Positions 25,999 through 38,847 of a stretch of DNA of 64,000 bases are shown piece after piece (the first letter of the stretch is position 1; the number at the start of each line of letters is the position of its first letter). Position numbers and translations under genes: made by a program. Location of the stretch: positions 372,001 to 436,000 of the forward strand of contig NW_026515679.1 in assembly GCF_025526975.1 (NCBI RefSeq), read 5' to 3'. Source of the DNA: Fimicolochytrium jonesii (Eukaryota). The notes under the pieces were generated by a model. It saw only the letters and a program-made list of their open reading frames with translations, was not told where the DNA came from and ran no database searches.

Positions 25999-26732
25999 TG
26001 TGGCTATGAAAAATTGCGAAAATCGAGGTTAAAGGGAAGTTGACAACCAGTGCCAACCCTAATGTCGAATTATCCCATTTGGCTATTCGCGATGGTTTCT
26101 GGGCGTTGGTCGTTTGAGACGGTCTCCTCCAGTTCGACTCCCACCCTCCTATCTCTACTCTCATAGTTCGAAGCTGTTCCACCTTCAGTGATCAGCTCCT
26201 TCCCAGCACTGCTACAAAATTGCAGCCGCCCTCGCCGGGGGATATCCCACTCGCCACCCAAGCCAGCCGCGAGCGTACCTTATCCTCCGTCTGAAAAGAA
26301 GAGTTAGTCTTGGGAAGCTTGCAGCCACGAAGAGTGTCCTCGCGGATATGCCTGGTAGTCTTCACAAAAGAAAACGCTGCAAACATTTGGCGGTCGTCTC
26401 ATCAAGTCGCTCTCGTTGAACCACATCACGTGACCGACAAACTTCGATTCAAGTTTAAAATGCAGATTTCAATTTTCCAAAGCACTCCATCCGAACGGAC
26501 ACTGCTGAGGAGAATGATATGCGCATCGATTCGCTTCTAGATCAAAGTCTTTGAGTGGATGAGATGCATTGGTCTCATAGCCTTGCACGAGCTTCGCCTC
26601 AGAGAGTCCGTTTGTAGAATGTGCGCGGATATCTCCTAAGTTGCCCAGTCTATTCTTTCCCGTAGTATAAGAGTCAAATCCTTACTACCGGAGCAATGCA
26701 CGGCAAGATGGAAGTGTTGCACCGTGGGGAGT

Positions 26733-26842
26733 GAGCTCAGAGCTCAGGGGTAGAGCATCCACTGCAGATGCTCTTGATGTTTGCACATTACTATGGGGAT
26801 GGAAAAGGGCTTATGGAAACCTGTATTCAATTGACGTGGCTC
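26733..26842 (+). pseudogene. tRNA-Cys(GCA)-like relic: D-arm and anticodon arm recognisable, no intact T-arm
   Basis: AGCTCAGGGGTAGAGCATCC-ACTGCAGAT (26741-26769) resembles the 5' half of eukaryotic tRNA-Cys. No GTTCRA T-loop downstream. Confidence 0.35.
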
Positions 26843-27020
26843 GCGTCGAAAACAGCGTCACCCGTTTGATGACTAGCTTCCGATCGTGGCTTTGCCCCGA
26901 ATTCTGCCACATTCGAGGTTGGAGATCGGCACTTCAGGAGCGTTACTTCACTTGCCGACTTTGTGCCACAACGCACTACTGGCATCTGGGCACTTAGAAA
27001 AGGTGCAGAAAAGCGTCCGG

Positions 27021-30000
27021 ATGGCCAGTCATTGGAGAGAACTCCGCCGAGTAGGACTGGGTAAGGCTCCTCCTGCAACTTGGGCCGTGAGAATGCTGCC
27101 TTAGGTGTGCGCCGTGTTAGTAATGGGAAAGCTTCCGTAGGGTGGGGTTCTTCCTACTCGTCGGCTTCATAGTTTTCATCTTGATAACCTGTGGTTTAGA
27201 CGTTGAGCGCACCTACACATTCTTAGTTCTTTTTGGGCTTTGCAGGGACAGTTCAAAATCCGGTCCAACCAATATCTACTATCAGTTTTGACCCTTTGGA
27301 AGAGCTACTATGGGCTGGCGGCGCGAATGTAAATACATATCAATGTTCTTCAATACGAATATTTTGCATCTGAGTAAAACGACGTCCCTTTTTACTCGTA
27401 GGGTCGTGTGTCATCCTTGTTCGTAGACAACGAGGATGTCGCGCGATACACGAGCTTTCCAAGCCATGCTAGTCGTGTGTGCAACATCCTGCTGAATGAC
27501 CACGGTCTATATTCCATCGGAGGGAGAAATGTGAGGCATACGACACGGAGGGGCTTGATGAAGTGGAGCATAGGGTAACACTCGAAAGGCGCGGGGCATT
27601 ACAATGGACGACATCCGGACTAAGGAGCATGCTTCTTATGATGTGCCATCAGGATCGATGGAGGACACCAGCCACTGAGCATGTCGTTCACGAATACCAC
27701 CTCGGAGCTTTTGGTGAGCACAACAAACAGGAAGTTGATGCTCATCAACCTATTTCGAGGCTCTGCTATCAAACAGGTACATCGCAGAAGAGCTGAAAGG
27801 CATCATGGCGGTTCCCAAACTCATCCGTCCGCAGATGGATTTGGACGATGACGTTACAGTGATGAAGCAGTCCCGAATAATATGCTGTGGAACGGCGGAT
27901 GGCAGAGTCGTTATGCGCGATCCAAGGTCGCTCAAAGTTGAGAACTATATATTGGCGCATTCCGGGACCATCACTGATCTGGACATCGCTGGAAACATTG
28001 TGATAACCTGCGGTTTCTCCTCGAGGTAAGCTATGTTCGAGAAAGGTGGTCCTTAGTCCAAACACTGACACCGTATGTTACTCCTAGAGGAGGAGCGTTA
28101 GCGCCTGATGGAATGATCAAGATGTTTGACATCCGGACGATGAGGGCGCTGGCGCCTATCCCATTCCCGTCCGGACCCACATTCCTCCGGTTTCACCCTC
28201 GGCTGACATCAACGGTAGTGGGAGCGTCGCCCAACGGCCAATTTCAGTTTTGCAACGCGGTCAACACTTCCGAAGCGACATTCTACCAGGTACAGTCCTC
28301 CAGCCGTCTGGCATTCGAGCTCACGCCTCACTCACGCCCCTTCCTTAGGCTCAAGTCAGTGGTGTTCTGAGTGCGCTAGACTTCTCTAGCTCAGGGGAGC
28401 TACTGGCTTTCGCCGATTCAGCTGGAGTTGTCTCCCTATGGAGCGAGAAGAACGAAGCTCGCGTGAATTTCAACTCACGGCTGACTGAGTTTGCAGATCA
28501 ACCTCCACCACCAAGTGAGATCAAGATCACGGACGATAGGTGCGGTGGTTTAATGATATCCCTGCCTGAGAAGTTCCACGCTCTAACAGCATATCCTTGA
28601 TTACCAGTCCCCTGTCTCTTATCGGGATGCCCTACTACTCAACTCGATTGCTCTCAGCATGGCCCGAGAAGCTAACTTTTGAGGTCGGACAGTCAGCCCC
28701 GAAGGTTCCGGCCGAGGTTCTCGCCAACGTGAAGACCATCGATTTCGTTGGTTATGCTTCGAACCCTCGTACCTCGCGAAGAAACCAAAACCTGGCCTCC
28801 GCACGCAAGGCTCGCAAGGAAGTCTCCGAAGTGCCCAAGTTCCGCTCTGAGCAAGATCGAGAGAAATACTTTGGCAAAAGAGGCGCTCAGGTATGATTTG
28901 CGTGCCCTCCCGCCTCGCGTACAATCACATCATCTTATTCATCCTTTCGTGAATCTTCAGGACAACCAGGACACTGATGATGAGCAGTCAAAGAACCAAC
29001 GGGCTAGCTCCACGCCCAAGTACTACAAGCGCGTGGAGATCAAGTACAGCAAGTTTGGAGTGGAAGACTTTGATTTCGGATTCTACAACAAGACGCATTA
29101 TGGCGGCCTTGAAACGGACATCACAAATTCGTACGCCAATTCTTTACTGCAAGTGATGTTCTTCACGCGACCACTTAGAGAGGTGGTAAAGGGTCACATC
29201 AAGATGTCGTGTGCAAAGGAGTACTGCCTGGCATGCGAGCTGGGATTCTTGTTCAGAATGCTTGAGGACTCGCTCGGTGCGAATTGTCAAGCCACCAATT
29301 TCTTGCGCGCTTTCAAAACTATCCCTCAAGGTATGCAGATCCTGTGCCGATATGAAGCGCTCGCGGCGGTTGATCTCACGTGAGCGATCCTTAGCTAGTG
29401 CTCTCGGTTTGTTTGAGCCGGACCAGCCAAGCTCAGCGACCAACTACGCAACGCTCATTCAGAACTTCAATCGATTCATCCTGGAACGGATTCAATTTGA
29501 GCTCGGAGATGATACCCGGATGTTGGTCATACCGCGGCCATACAGCACGTTGTCAACGACGATGCAGCAGATATTCGGGCTGCAATTGCAGGCCATCAGC
29601 CAGTGTCAGTGTAGCGCGTTGAATGCTCGAGATACGTGTCCTTTTGTTGTGGATTTGCAGTACCCAAAGCGGGTATGAATCATTCTCGCATTTGCCGAAT
29701 CAAAACTTCCCTGCAACTGATAGGTTATGTTTCCGCAGGTTGTTGGCGGCAAAACGGCAGACTCTACGTTTGTGGGCATACTGCAAAGCAGTATAAATCG
29801 AGTGTCGTCCACAAAAGCGTGGTGCGAAACCTGCAAGAAGTATCAGCCGACGAGCCAGTATCGGAAGCTACAAAGACCACCAAACGTGCTGAGCATAAAC
29901 GCCTGTGCAACTACTGAGGAGGAGCTGGAGCTGTTTAGAGCAGGTCGGTGCTCTTCAAGCTGTACATATCACCCCGGCACGGGGAATACTCACCTGTTTT

Positions 30001-31865
30001 CTGACACTTTGTCCGTAGATCCAACCTTTGTTCCCGCTAGGTTCGTGAACTTCGATATAATGTCGACGGGAGATTCCGGCGCTAATGCAATTTTGATTCC
30101 AGGCTTGCCCTCGTATTCGACAACGATGAGCTATCGATTCTTCACCTAGATGATGAGCAGCTATTGCCGTCGAGCCCCACCGCTCTCGTCGCAGTGTACG
30201 AACTCTCAGCCAGCGTCGTGGAGATTCGCGAAGAGAAACAATTGCCGCATCTTGTGTCCCACATTCGAAGTGAGCGCTTAATGAAGTAAGCCTGTTCAGC
30301 CCAGTACATACTAATTTTCTCCCGTCGCATCTCAGCTGGCAATAATGGTGTGCAAGAGTGGATTGTCTTCAACGACTTCATGGTTCAACCTGTATCAGAA
30401 ACCGAACCACGAACATACCATAAATGGAAGGCAAGTGCAGATGCTGGGATTCACCATGGACCATGCTACTTGTCCGCTAACTTCCCCTCATTCGCAGAAT
30501 CCATGCGTGCTCCAATATAAAATCATTGACCTTGATATGGTGCAAGACTTCAGAATGCTGCCAACAACTCCACATGCAAGAGGCTTGAGGGAGATGGTCC
30601 TCTTGAAGTATGCATTCATGGCCATCGACGCAACGCAGTGTCGAACCCCTTTAATGACTTCAGCTCTTCGTCTCTTTCACTTTGCAGTCGACGGAAAGAA
30701 CGGGATCTCAAGATCGCGTACAGGCTTCTGAAGCCTGCCGAACTACCGAATCAACGTGGATATCTCTGCGCATTAGATGCCGAGTTCGTGGCGCTCAGTA
30801 AGGTTCGTATCAACTGGGAACATTCAAAGCACTGAGGTTTTGGAAGAGTAAGCGAGTGATATCCTTGTGCAGGATGAGGCAGAGATCCGAAGCGATGGGA
30901 CACGATCTGTGATCAAACCATCTCGTCTGAGTTTGGCCCGGGTCACCGTCTTGCGCGGCGATGGGTCGGATGAAGGCGTTCCTTTCATCGATGAGTACAT
31001 TTCGACAACTGAAGAAGTGGTCGACTACCTCACTGAGTTCTCGGGCATCAAATGTAAGGGGCGGACTTTATTTGCCATAAGTTTCAATTTGAAAGTCGGG
31101 CGCACTATTGATTGGTCGTACCTTCCAGCCGGCGATCTGGATATAGCGCTCTCGAGACACCCGTTGGTTTCTCTGAAGGTAATTGCCGCCGTAGTTGTCC
31201 TGGTGACTTCGATTGACGAACGTGTCAATACTACACAGTCTGCGTACAAGAAACTGCGCCTGCTCGTGGATCTCGGTTGCGTGTTTGTTGGGCATGGCTT
31301 GAAGAAGGACTTCAGAATCATAAGTGAGTTGCTTGTTCGGTCATGGAGAATCTCCCGCTCTGCTCACCGGATTTTGGTCTGCAGATATCCTGGTTCCACC
31401 GGATCAAGTCATTGATACAGTAGACATATTCTTCATACAAAACCGGCAGAGGTTGGTCGAGCTTCACTTTCTCGTGGACCTACCATTAGTGGATTAACAC
31501 CAACATCACCCCATTACAGAAAATTGTCTTTGCGGTTTCTGGCGTGGTGTCTCCTGCGGTTGGACATCCAGAGCGAAACCCACGACAGTTCAGAGGATGC
31601 GAGAACGGTCAGTTTCGTCGGCGCGCGTTCGTTTGACTTTCCATAGTGATATATTGACATTGACTTTCGTCCCATCTGGCAGGCACTCCTTTTGTACAAA
31701 CAGTATGTAGAACTAAAGCGAGTAGGGCGGTTTGAAGAGGTTTTGGAAGAGATCTACGAGGAGGGGCGGTCTGTGAACTTTAAACCTCCTCCTCGTGGGA
31801 CTGTGATAGGGGAGCCCAATGTATATACTAGTCTCGCTGCCATAAGGGAGGCCGCAATGAAATAG
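27021..31865 (+). CDS. PAN2: PAN2 poly(A) deadenylase catalytic subunit (WD40, pseudo-UCH, DEDD exonuclease); about 20 introns
   Basis: [102 protein letters not shown]. Start codon inferred. Confidence 0.93.
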
Positions 31866-32163
31866 AAAATCTAAAAACCCGAATGTGCAAATTGGTTGGC
31901 ATGACCCATTATGGTATAACCCAGCTGGGCAAATTGTGTATTTGCTGCGTTACCAAATCGACGTTGTCGCATCGAGGTCGTGCTTCTTACTGAATCTGCC
32001 AGACGTGGAAACGTTGATTCGAGCCCGCAGCCGTTTCGGGTATCGTTTATATCTACAATGGTGCGCGGAGTCCGTGTCCGAAGCCTTTCTATCGGGGTCT
32101 GCGTACGCCGAACCATCAGTTGCATCACTGCGAGCTTCGTCGACATGGAAGTAGAGCTCCAAG

Positions 32164-33678
32164 TCACTTCATATCTACTACTACTTCATCGCCGCTTTCC
32201 AACCCATAGAAATCCACGTCTCGCAGATCATCTTCCATCGTAACCAGGCGCCCAGCCTTATCTTTGCGAACCAATTCTCCCCGTTCCTTCAGACTGAACA
32301 TCCGAGTGATGAGTGCTCGTAGTGCCCGCACATTCATGGTGTTTGGAATCTTCTTTCTGGCTCGCCTTCCCTGGCACGAGATGGTCACTACTACGACTCG
32401 GTCTTTCAATATTGCTGATGTCATGGCAGCTGGGACGAGTGACGGTGCGCCATATGCAGCTGATAGCTCCTCATAGCGAGGGTGATTGGCAGCGAAGGCG
32501 GTCGGATCGTTCGACTCTGACAGTTCCTTTGCGCATTGGTTGAGATAGAATAATTCGGCATCTCGTCTGCTGTTTGGCGTGATGTTGGACCCGTTTACAT
32601 ACTTCAGACTGCGTAACCGCGCCACCAAGATGTCATGCATGTCTCCGGCGGGCACGGTTTCGACAACGGGATTGCGCCGTATGCGCACGTGAGTGAGCGA
32701 AGGAAAGGAATTGAGTACGTGCACTGTCGTCCAAGAGTTTATCTTATTGTCGACAATGTTCAAAGTGCTCAGATTGGAGAAGGCAGACCCCACCGGGACG
32801 TCAATGGTCGTGAGATTGTTGTTGTTGAGCATTAAGGTATGCAAAGCCGGCAGGCTACCGAGTTTGCTTATCTCCTTCCAGGAACTCAGTTCATTGTGCT
32901 CGAGGTTGAGAACACTGAGACGCTGGAACCCAGAAACTGTTTCGACGTCAAGGGCTTTGAATCTGTTCTCACCGAGATGTAGTTCCTCCAGGTTTGGCAT
33001 ACACTCCTGCAGATGTTGTATCTCACTCCACGCCATCAGGGTGCCGAAGAGTGTCAAGGCTTTCAAAGGCAGGAATGCCCCGTGAAGCGAGGACGTTGGA
33101 CCTTCGAATGGCTTCATGCGATTGTGCGATAGTCGCAGCGAAGCGAGGTTTGGCAGTTCGATACAGATATCCCCCACATCGTTCCACGTGGCAAGCAAAT
33201 TGCGAGACAAATCCAGATCGACTATCGAAGGGCACATCTGCCCAATCCAACCCTCCTGACCCCGGAATCCTATTCGCATCTCCGCTAAGCCCACTTCTCG
33301 CAGCTGCTTTAGGTTAGACACCTTCTTGGCGATCTTCTCCCAACCCACGGTCTCAACGGCTACTCCGTCTCCGCCGAGCAGCACGGTACTATCTGTCGGC
33401 TGTTGTGCTTGATATTTCTCAGCCAAAGCGTCTAAGAACGATCGGCCAAAGCATTCCGACGTAAGCTTCCCTTCGCGAATGAAGGAGCCGCTTCCCGCAT
33501 CCCGCGTCGTGAAGTACTGTAGGCCGTTGTGGGTACCGGAGTGTTTTCCTCTTGTCGCGTCATCCCATTCGATGCCATACCACCTCTGCTCAGAACCAGG
33601 CAAGACTCCGTGAAAGCGCACTGTTCCGCAGTTCGGATTCAGGAAGATTCTCTTGCCGATGGTGTCTGGAACCGTCAT
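32164..33678 (-). CDS. TBCE: Tubulin-folding cofactor E (CAP-Gly, LRR, UBL); intronless
   Basis: GTVRFHG..WYGIEWDD..RGKHSG (CAP-Gly), LDLSRNL-type LRRs, RRDAELFYL, C-terminal UBL FYGLESGD. Confidence 0.94.
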   Translation of the reverse strand: MTVPDTIGKRIFLNPNCGTVRFHGVLPGSEQRWYGIEWDDATRGKHSGTHNGLQYFTTRDAGSGSFIREGKLTSECFGRSFLDALAEKYQAQQPTDSTVLLGGDGVAVETVGWEKIAKKVSNLKQLREVGLAEMRIGFRGQEGWIGQMCPSIVDLDLSRNLLATWNDVGDICIELPNLASLRLSHNRMKPFEGPTSSLHGAFLPLKALTLFGTLMAWSEIQHLQECMPNLEELHLGENRFKALDVETVSGFQRLSVLNLEHNELSSWKEISKLGSLPALHTLMLNNNNLTTIDVPVGSAFSNLSTLNIVDNKINSWTTVHVLNSFPSLTHVRIRRNPVVETVPAGDMHDILVARLRSLKYVNGSNITPNSRRDAELFYLNQCAKELSESNDPTAFAANHPRYEELSAAYGAPSLVPAAMTSAILKDRVVVVTISCQGRRARKKIPNTMNVRALRALITRMFSLKERGELVRKDKAGRLVTMEDDLRDVDFYGLESGDEVVVDMK

Positions 33679-34146
33679 CCCTCGAGCTTTATCGTGTCAA
33701 GCACGATGTCAAACGACCTCGGTTTCTCCCAAGCTGGTCTGCTCCGACAACGTTGCACGCTTTGCTTTGTGCGGATGCAGGGAAGACGGACTACGAAGGG
33801 GGTGTTTGGACGTCTGTGTTCGGCCACTTCGACGGATCTGGTAATGATCTGGTAAGCCAGACGCGCGTTCTTCTTTTCACGCGTTGCTCCGCTCAAGAGC
33901 CTCAGACTCAACCAGCCATTTGCGAAAGGTGAGACAACCTTCGGCTCCGGCTCGTAGACCAGAATGTGCATAAGGTATTTTGAAGATGGAGAGCGAATGT
34001 AAGTGAAGCGGAAACCAAATATACAGAGGTTGACAATGTCAAATTGAACAACGATACAGGTTATGAAGGGATCTAGCAGGGGGGTGGGGTTCTATATACA
34101 GAATTTCTCGCCGGACAGTCCAGCGAAAGTAGATATGTCTGCGATC

Positions 34147-37100
34147 CTACTTGGAGCTCTGCAGCATCGTGTGAGATCTTCCAAGTGGACTTCCAAGGGT
34201 TTTTTCAAGGGATTCTGCGCGCTCCAACGAGTCCTCCGAGGATCCGAACTGCACCCCCGATCCAGTCGCCGCACGCACTTCATCATTGGACGACTGAGCC
34301 GTTGCGGGTGGTGAATGGTAAAGTCCATTGTTGGACCGACTCTCGGTAATAGTTCTTGGTACACGCGTCGGCGGGACGCATAGGGGAGTGAGGACTCTTG
34401 CCCACTCTCGCAACTCTTCATTCGAAAGTACGCGAATAGTAATGCCGTATCTTTTCTCTTTGATATTTATGAGCCGCAGTGCGTAGGCGTCGCTTTGTAT
34501 GTTTACGCTCACTCTTAACGCGTGGGACTTCAAACCTATTGCCTGACAAGTCTTTGAAGAAAGGTCAGCTTGCCAGAGGCAAAGAAGAGTCGACAAAGAT
34601 GCATTAGTTACCGGGGGATTTGGAGGATACCCAATAAGTAAGAGAAGCCCCTTGTCAGCGAAACAATACATCGTTTTCTGCGTCCATAGTGTGAAGAATA
34701 AGCGTTTCTCTGCCAAAAACACTTCCCCGCGCTTTGTCTACGAAGTTTGTGTCAGATGCACTCCATATCGACCAATGCAGGGAACGTGTTCCAAAACACA
34801 AGATGATGGCTTACCGCTGTTTTAACAGCGTCCTCCATTCCCATAGCCGCGGATAGCCCTTTCTTGGATTTGCTTCTAATGCCGAAGTTACTGCGGAACA
34901 GTTCGCGAGCGCCTAATTCTCTTTCGTGGAAGACACGGTAGATCCTCCCGCCGAACAAGATGATCAAGGTAGCAAAACCAACGAAGTAACTTGGGACGAC
35001 TTGGAACAGGACGAAACTGTACGTCTCCAATCGTAGAGCCAGCAGAGGTGGCAGGATCAGAACTGCCGTTGTGATGTACAGTGACAAAAGCCAGCCCACA
35101 CGCTTGCTGTCACTGTAATGACGAAGAGATTCAAAAGATGTTGAGGAAATCTCGAAGAAGATCTGGACAGGTCACCTTACCTGTAATCCGAAGGAATATC
35201 TCTGCATAGCCAGGTAAGAGCTACAGCGTGGACGATGATAACCGCGGTGTAGAGCCACGAAATTGCTGAGAAAGCAGAAATGGTCATTTCCGAGATCAGG
35301 CGTATCATAAAATACTTTGGTCTGTCAGCAAATTACCTCGCATTACCCACCCGAACGTCACGGAGGTGGACCTGCAAATAACGTTCATTTCTGTTGTTCG
35401 ACCCGTTTGCGGCGCCTCCTCCCAAACCGGTTTCAGAGGGTCAGCTGCGGTCCACACCAGCCCGATCACCTGATACATGTGTGGAAAGGTGAGTAAGTTG
35501 CTATAGACCGGCCATGAAGAGCGAAGGTCGTACCCAATATATACAAATGCAACCTGCTAATCCAAAAACAAGCCGAATGTCCCCGATCTTCCCTGGATCC
35601 ATCTTCCCCGGAAATCGGAAAATCTTGATGACGCGGAACATCTTCGCTATCAGGCTGCCAAAGACGAGCCCAATCGTGGACATCATGATCCAAAGGCTCC
35701 AGCCACATGCTAAGGTCGAAGGTTCACCTAGTTACCAGCAAGTTAGTAAGGTTGTTCATGCCGATCCACCAGATGGAGCTGGAGTATTACCGATAAGCGT
35801 CAGCGGGTACAAGGCAGTGCCAAGAACTCCAACGAGGATAGTGAGAAGGAAGATCGGACTGGCCGGCTGCGAGACGTTAGCCAAATGTTCATCAGCATCG
35901 AAACGAGTGGCCCCGATCTTGACAATCAGTCACTTACCTTCAGTACCTCCCCACTTCGATGCCGATAAACCAACGTTGCGAGGGAACCAATCAACAGCAC
36001 CATAAGGGAGCTGAGGATGATGCAGAAAATACCCAGAGCGGATGACCATTCAACGGTGCGATAAACCGCCGCAATCTCAGTAGCTGGCCTCGTCCAGGTT
36101 CCAGAAAAGTACAGAGCTGGGTTAGTCGTATTGAATGAGCTGTTATCGAGAGTGACTGCTTCGGTGGTATAATTGATGGCTGGCGATGGTTTCCATTCAG
36201 CAAAGGATTTGAAACTGCCCAAGGGCCCACTATAAGCGTCGAAGTAATACATGCGGTACGGGACAACCCGGTCGCCGTGCGGGTCGAAGGCGAGATTGCC
36301 CGTCACTCCTGACCTCGTGGCAAAGGGCAAATCCTCCGGTATTTTCCACCTCGTGTTACTGTCCGCTAATGTCTCGAAAGGCATTCCGTTACTAAGTTTC
36401 CGGCTGGCGCCCCAGACGAAGCCTTCGATGCAAGACGAATAGAAACCGCTATACACCGTTGGATCTGTGTGATTATATCTGAGTTCCCATGCCTTCTTGT
36501 AGCTTGCCCATTCGGCGCCCACCCCTTCCTCCGGGTAGGCAGCCCACAGTCCATGCCACAACCTAAGATCCTCCAATGAAATGCCCGAACGGTTTGCATA
36601 CACGGCATCGTCTGAAGTGATGACCTGAAGACCATCTTCAATCAATCCCCGGCGGTGGAGTTCCCGGAGAAAGCTGATAAGATCTCCATGCAGACTGAGG
36701 AATACGACCACGTTGCCGCCGGAGTATATCAACTCGTCGACGATCAAGGTGAAATCTGTGGTGCCCGGCAGAAACGAGATGGCGGCCATTGCTTCTAATC
36801 CGGCGGTATTCGCAGATTCTCTTGTCGCTTCCAACAGACCATTTCCGTAGAAATCCGTCGAAGAAATGGTCACGAAACGTTTCCATCCTGTGATATTCGG
36901 AACCGTGAACGTAAGGAAATCTGCTAGAGCTGAGGCATCTCTTAGCTTCGCCCACCTTGAGCGGCCACAGCTGCTACAATGGCTTCCGCAGCTACATTAT
37001 CATTGGGAATGGTTCTGAAGAACGTCGAGGACGGCTCTTTCGAACTTAACTGTTTGTGTCTACTATCAGCCTTATTCAACGATTGGCCCACCAAGGTTTT

Positions 37101-37475
37101 GGAGAAACTCACCGCTGGAGACGTTGAGCCTCCGTCACACACACCAATCCCCAAAGTGGATCCCACTGACGCTGTTCCGATTGTCGAATCCGAGTATCCC
37201 ACACCGATCAGTGCATTGGCGTATTTCCACTTGTGCAAACGAATCGCGGATGCTATGGCGCTTCCCAAATGAACCGTGCCGCCGTCCATCGAGCAATCGT
37301 CGACTATTATCTCGACTGCCCCAGGTGCCCGCAAAGCAGGATGTACGGGATATGTCGCATTTGGCTGGAGAAGCTGAGCAAGCCGCAGCTGCATCGCCTG
37401 TATCATTTGCAACGACCATTCTCTGTCTGTCGTTCCTTGGAGTGATAGGCTGACACCGATTTTGAAAGATGCCAT
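34147..37475 (-). CDS. Class C (GABA-B-like) GPCR: Venus-flytrap ligand-binding domain, 7TM, C-terminal PH-like domain; multi-exon, true N-terminus uncertain
   Basis: FKIGVSL, ALIGVGYS, STSPA|LSSK..TFFRTIPND, GWKRF..DFYG, GVTGNLAFDPHGDR; TM motifs ASPIFL..ILVG, C..W..IG..FGSLIAKMFRV..IF, CRDIPSDY|SDSK, LFGGRIY. Confidence 0.85.
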
Positions 37476-38847
37476 ACTTCCCGATACTGCCTTATATGTT
37501 TGTTCATGCAACTCGCGACATCTTCGAGCGCCTGCCCAGATTTATAGAAAGCCATCATGCAAGGCGTCCGGTATTCAGGCAATTCCTGGCTCTGTCTCCC
37601 GAAACGACGCAATGGTAGGAGTTCGAGATAAGCGAGTGGATTGAGCGGATTGAACTGCTGTAATTAGGTAAAGCGCGACCCGGTCAACCCAAAATGACGG
37701 TTTTGCCCTCATTGCAGAACAATTGATTTTTACGCACGGCCACCTTAAGATGCCATCTGACAGCCCTTTAGGGGAATTGTATTGTACCTAGGGATCTCCT
37801 ATTGTCGATTAAGGGTAGATCTACTGTACATGGGTGAAGGGCTCTTTCGATGTCACGGATGTGCGAGACAACCCGATGCTGCAGCACTCCTATCTCTGGG
37901 AAGGGAGAAGGAACATCACCCGTTCCCGGGGATCTAAAGAATTATCTATGCAGGCAGACCTAACGGCTAAACCCAAAAACTTGAAACGACGAACAGGGAG
38001 GTGGGATGGTAAGATGCTTCAGTCAATTGGGGGAAAGAGATGAAGAAGAATGGACGTGAAAAGAATCCGAACAGAATCAATCCCTCATTTGATCCATATC
38101 TGTTGTCAGTGGCCTGCGAAATGGGCGACCGCCTCGACAACGGCAGGCCCTTTGGAACCGCAATCAAACTGCTGCGTTCCGCTCTTGCTTGGCCTTGACT
38201 CACGCCCTCTTGTGCATTTGGATGTAACCCACTCTGTAATGCGGCTGGACTGCGTTGGGGCGTCTCTGATATCGAAAATGCTACGATGAGGGTGTCCCCG
38301 TGATTTCGAAGGAACTCCCACCTTTCCGAAAAAGGTGAATAGCTGCTTGATGCAGAAATCGACTGAAGACGGCGTCTTCCGATCTGGAGAGGTGGACCGA
38401 AAGCCTGAGCGTGGCATTGGCACAAGTAAAACTTGAGACAGAAAATGAGCGGAGTTGGGCTGCTTACGCGGACGCGTTCGGTAGCTTGGTCACCTGATAT
38501 CTTGACAATACAAAAAGGATGCTTCAATTGAGCCTGGATCCTGATTTCGAAGTTCCGGTGTGCAGGAAAACCTGGTCCTCCTGGATCTCCTGGGTGAGAT
38601 ACGTACCGCCGGGAGCAAGCGAACCGCTGTCTTGGATGTTAATGCGAGGAATTGGGACTCAGGGGGGGAGTTGATGTCTATATACTATATATATATAATA
38701 TATTACGCGACGCGGGACAAGACAAGGACGTGCGGGTTTGATGAATACAGGACTCAGAAGCACGCCGCATCTGCAGGTCGGAGTGAAAGCAGTTGTCAAT
38801 AAGGGCGATCCAGAGCGGACATTCCACGCCTCAGCCGCTTAGGTCTA

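Noticed and set aside
31871..32162. Short ORFs between the PAN2 and TBCE stop codons
   Set aside because: A 300-bp convergent 3'UTR interval with no promoter space and no recognisable product.
34565..34631. GTATCCT resembling a U12-type 5' splice site in the GPCR tail
   Set aside because: No U12 branch point, and the downstream acceptors I tried from this donor give early stops. The nearby GTAACT donor keeps the frame.
37700..38800. Several 70-186 aa ORFs between the GPCR and ERG8
   Set aside because: Overlapping frames on both strands with no motifs or convincing splice structure. Probably promoter/UTR, though a GPCR signal-peptide exon near 37580-37712 cannot be excluded.
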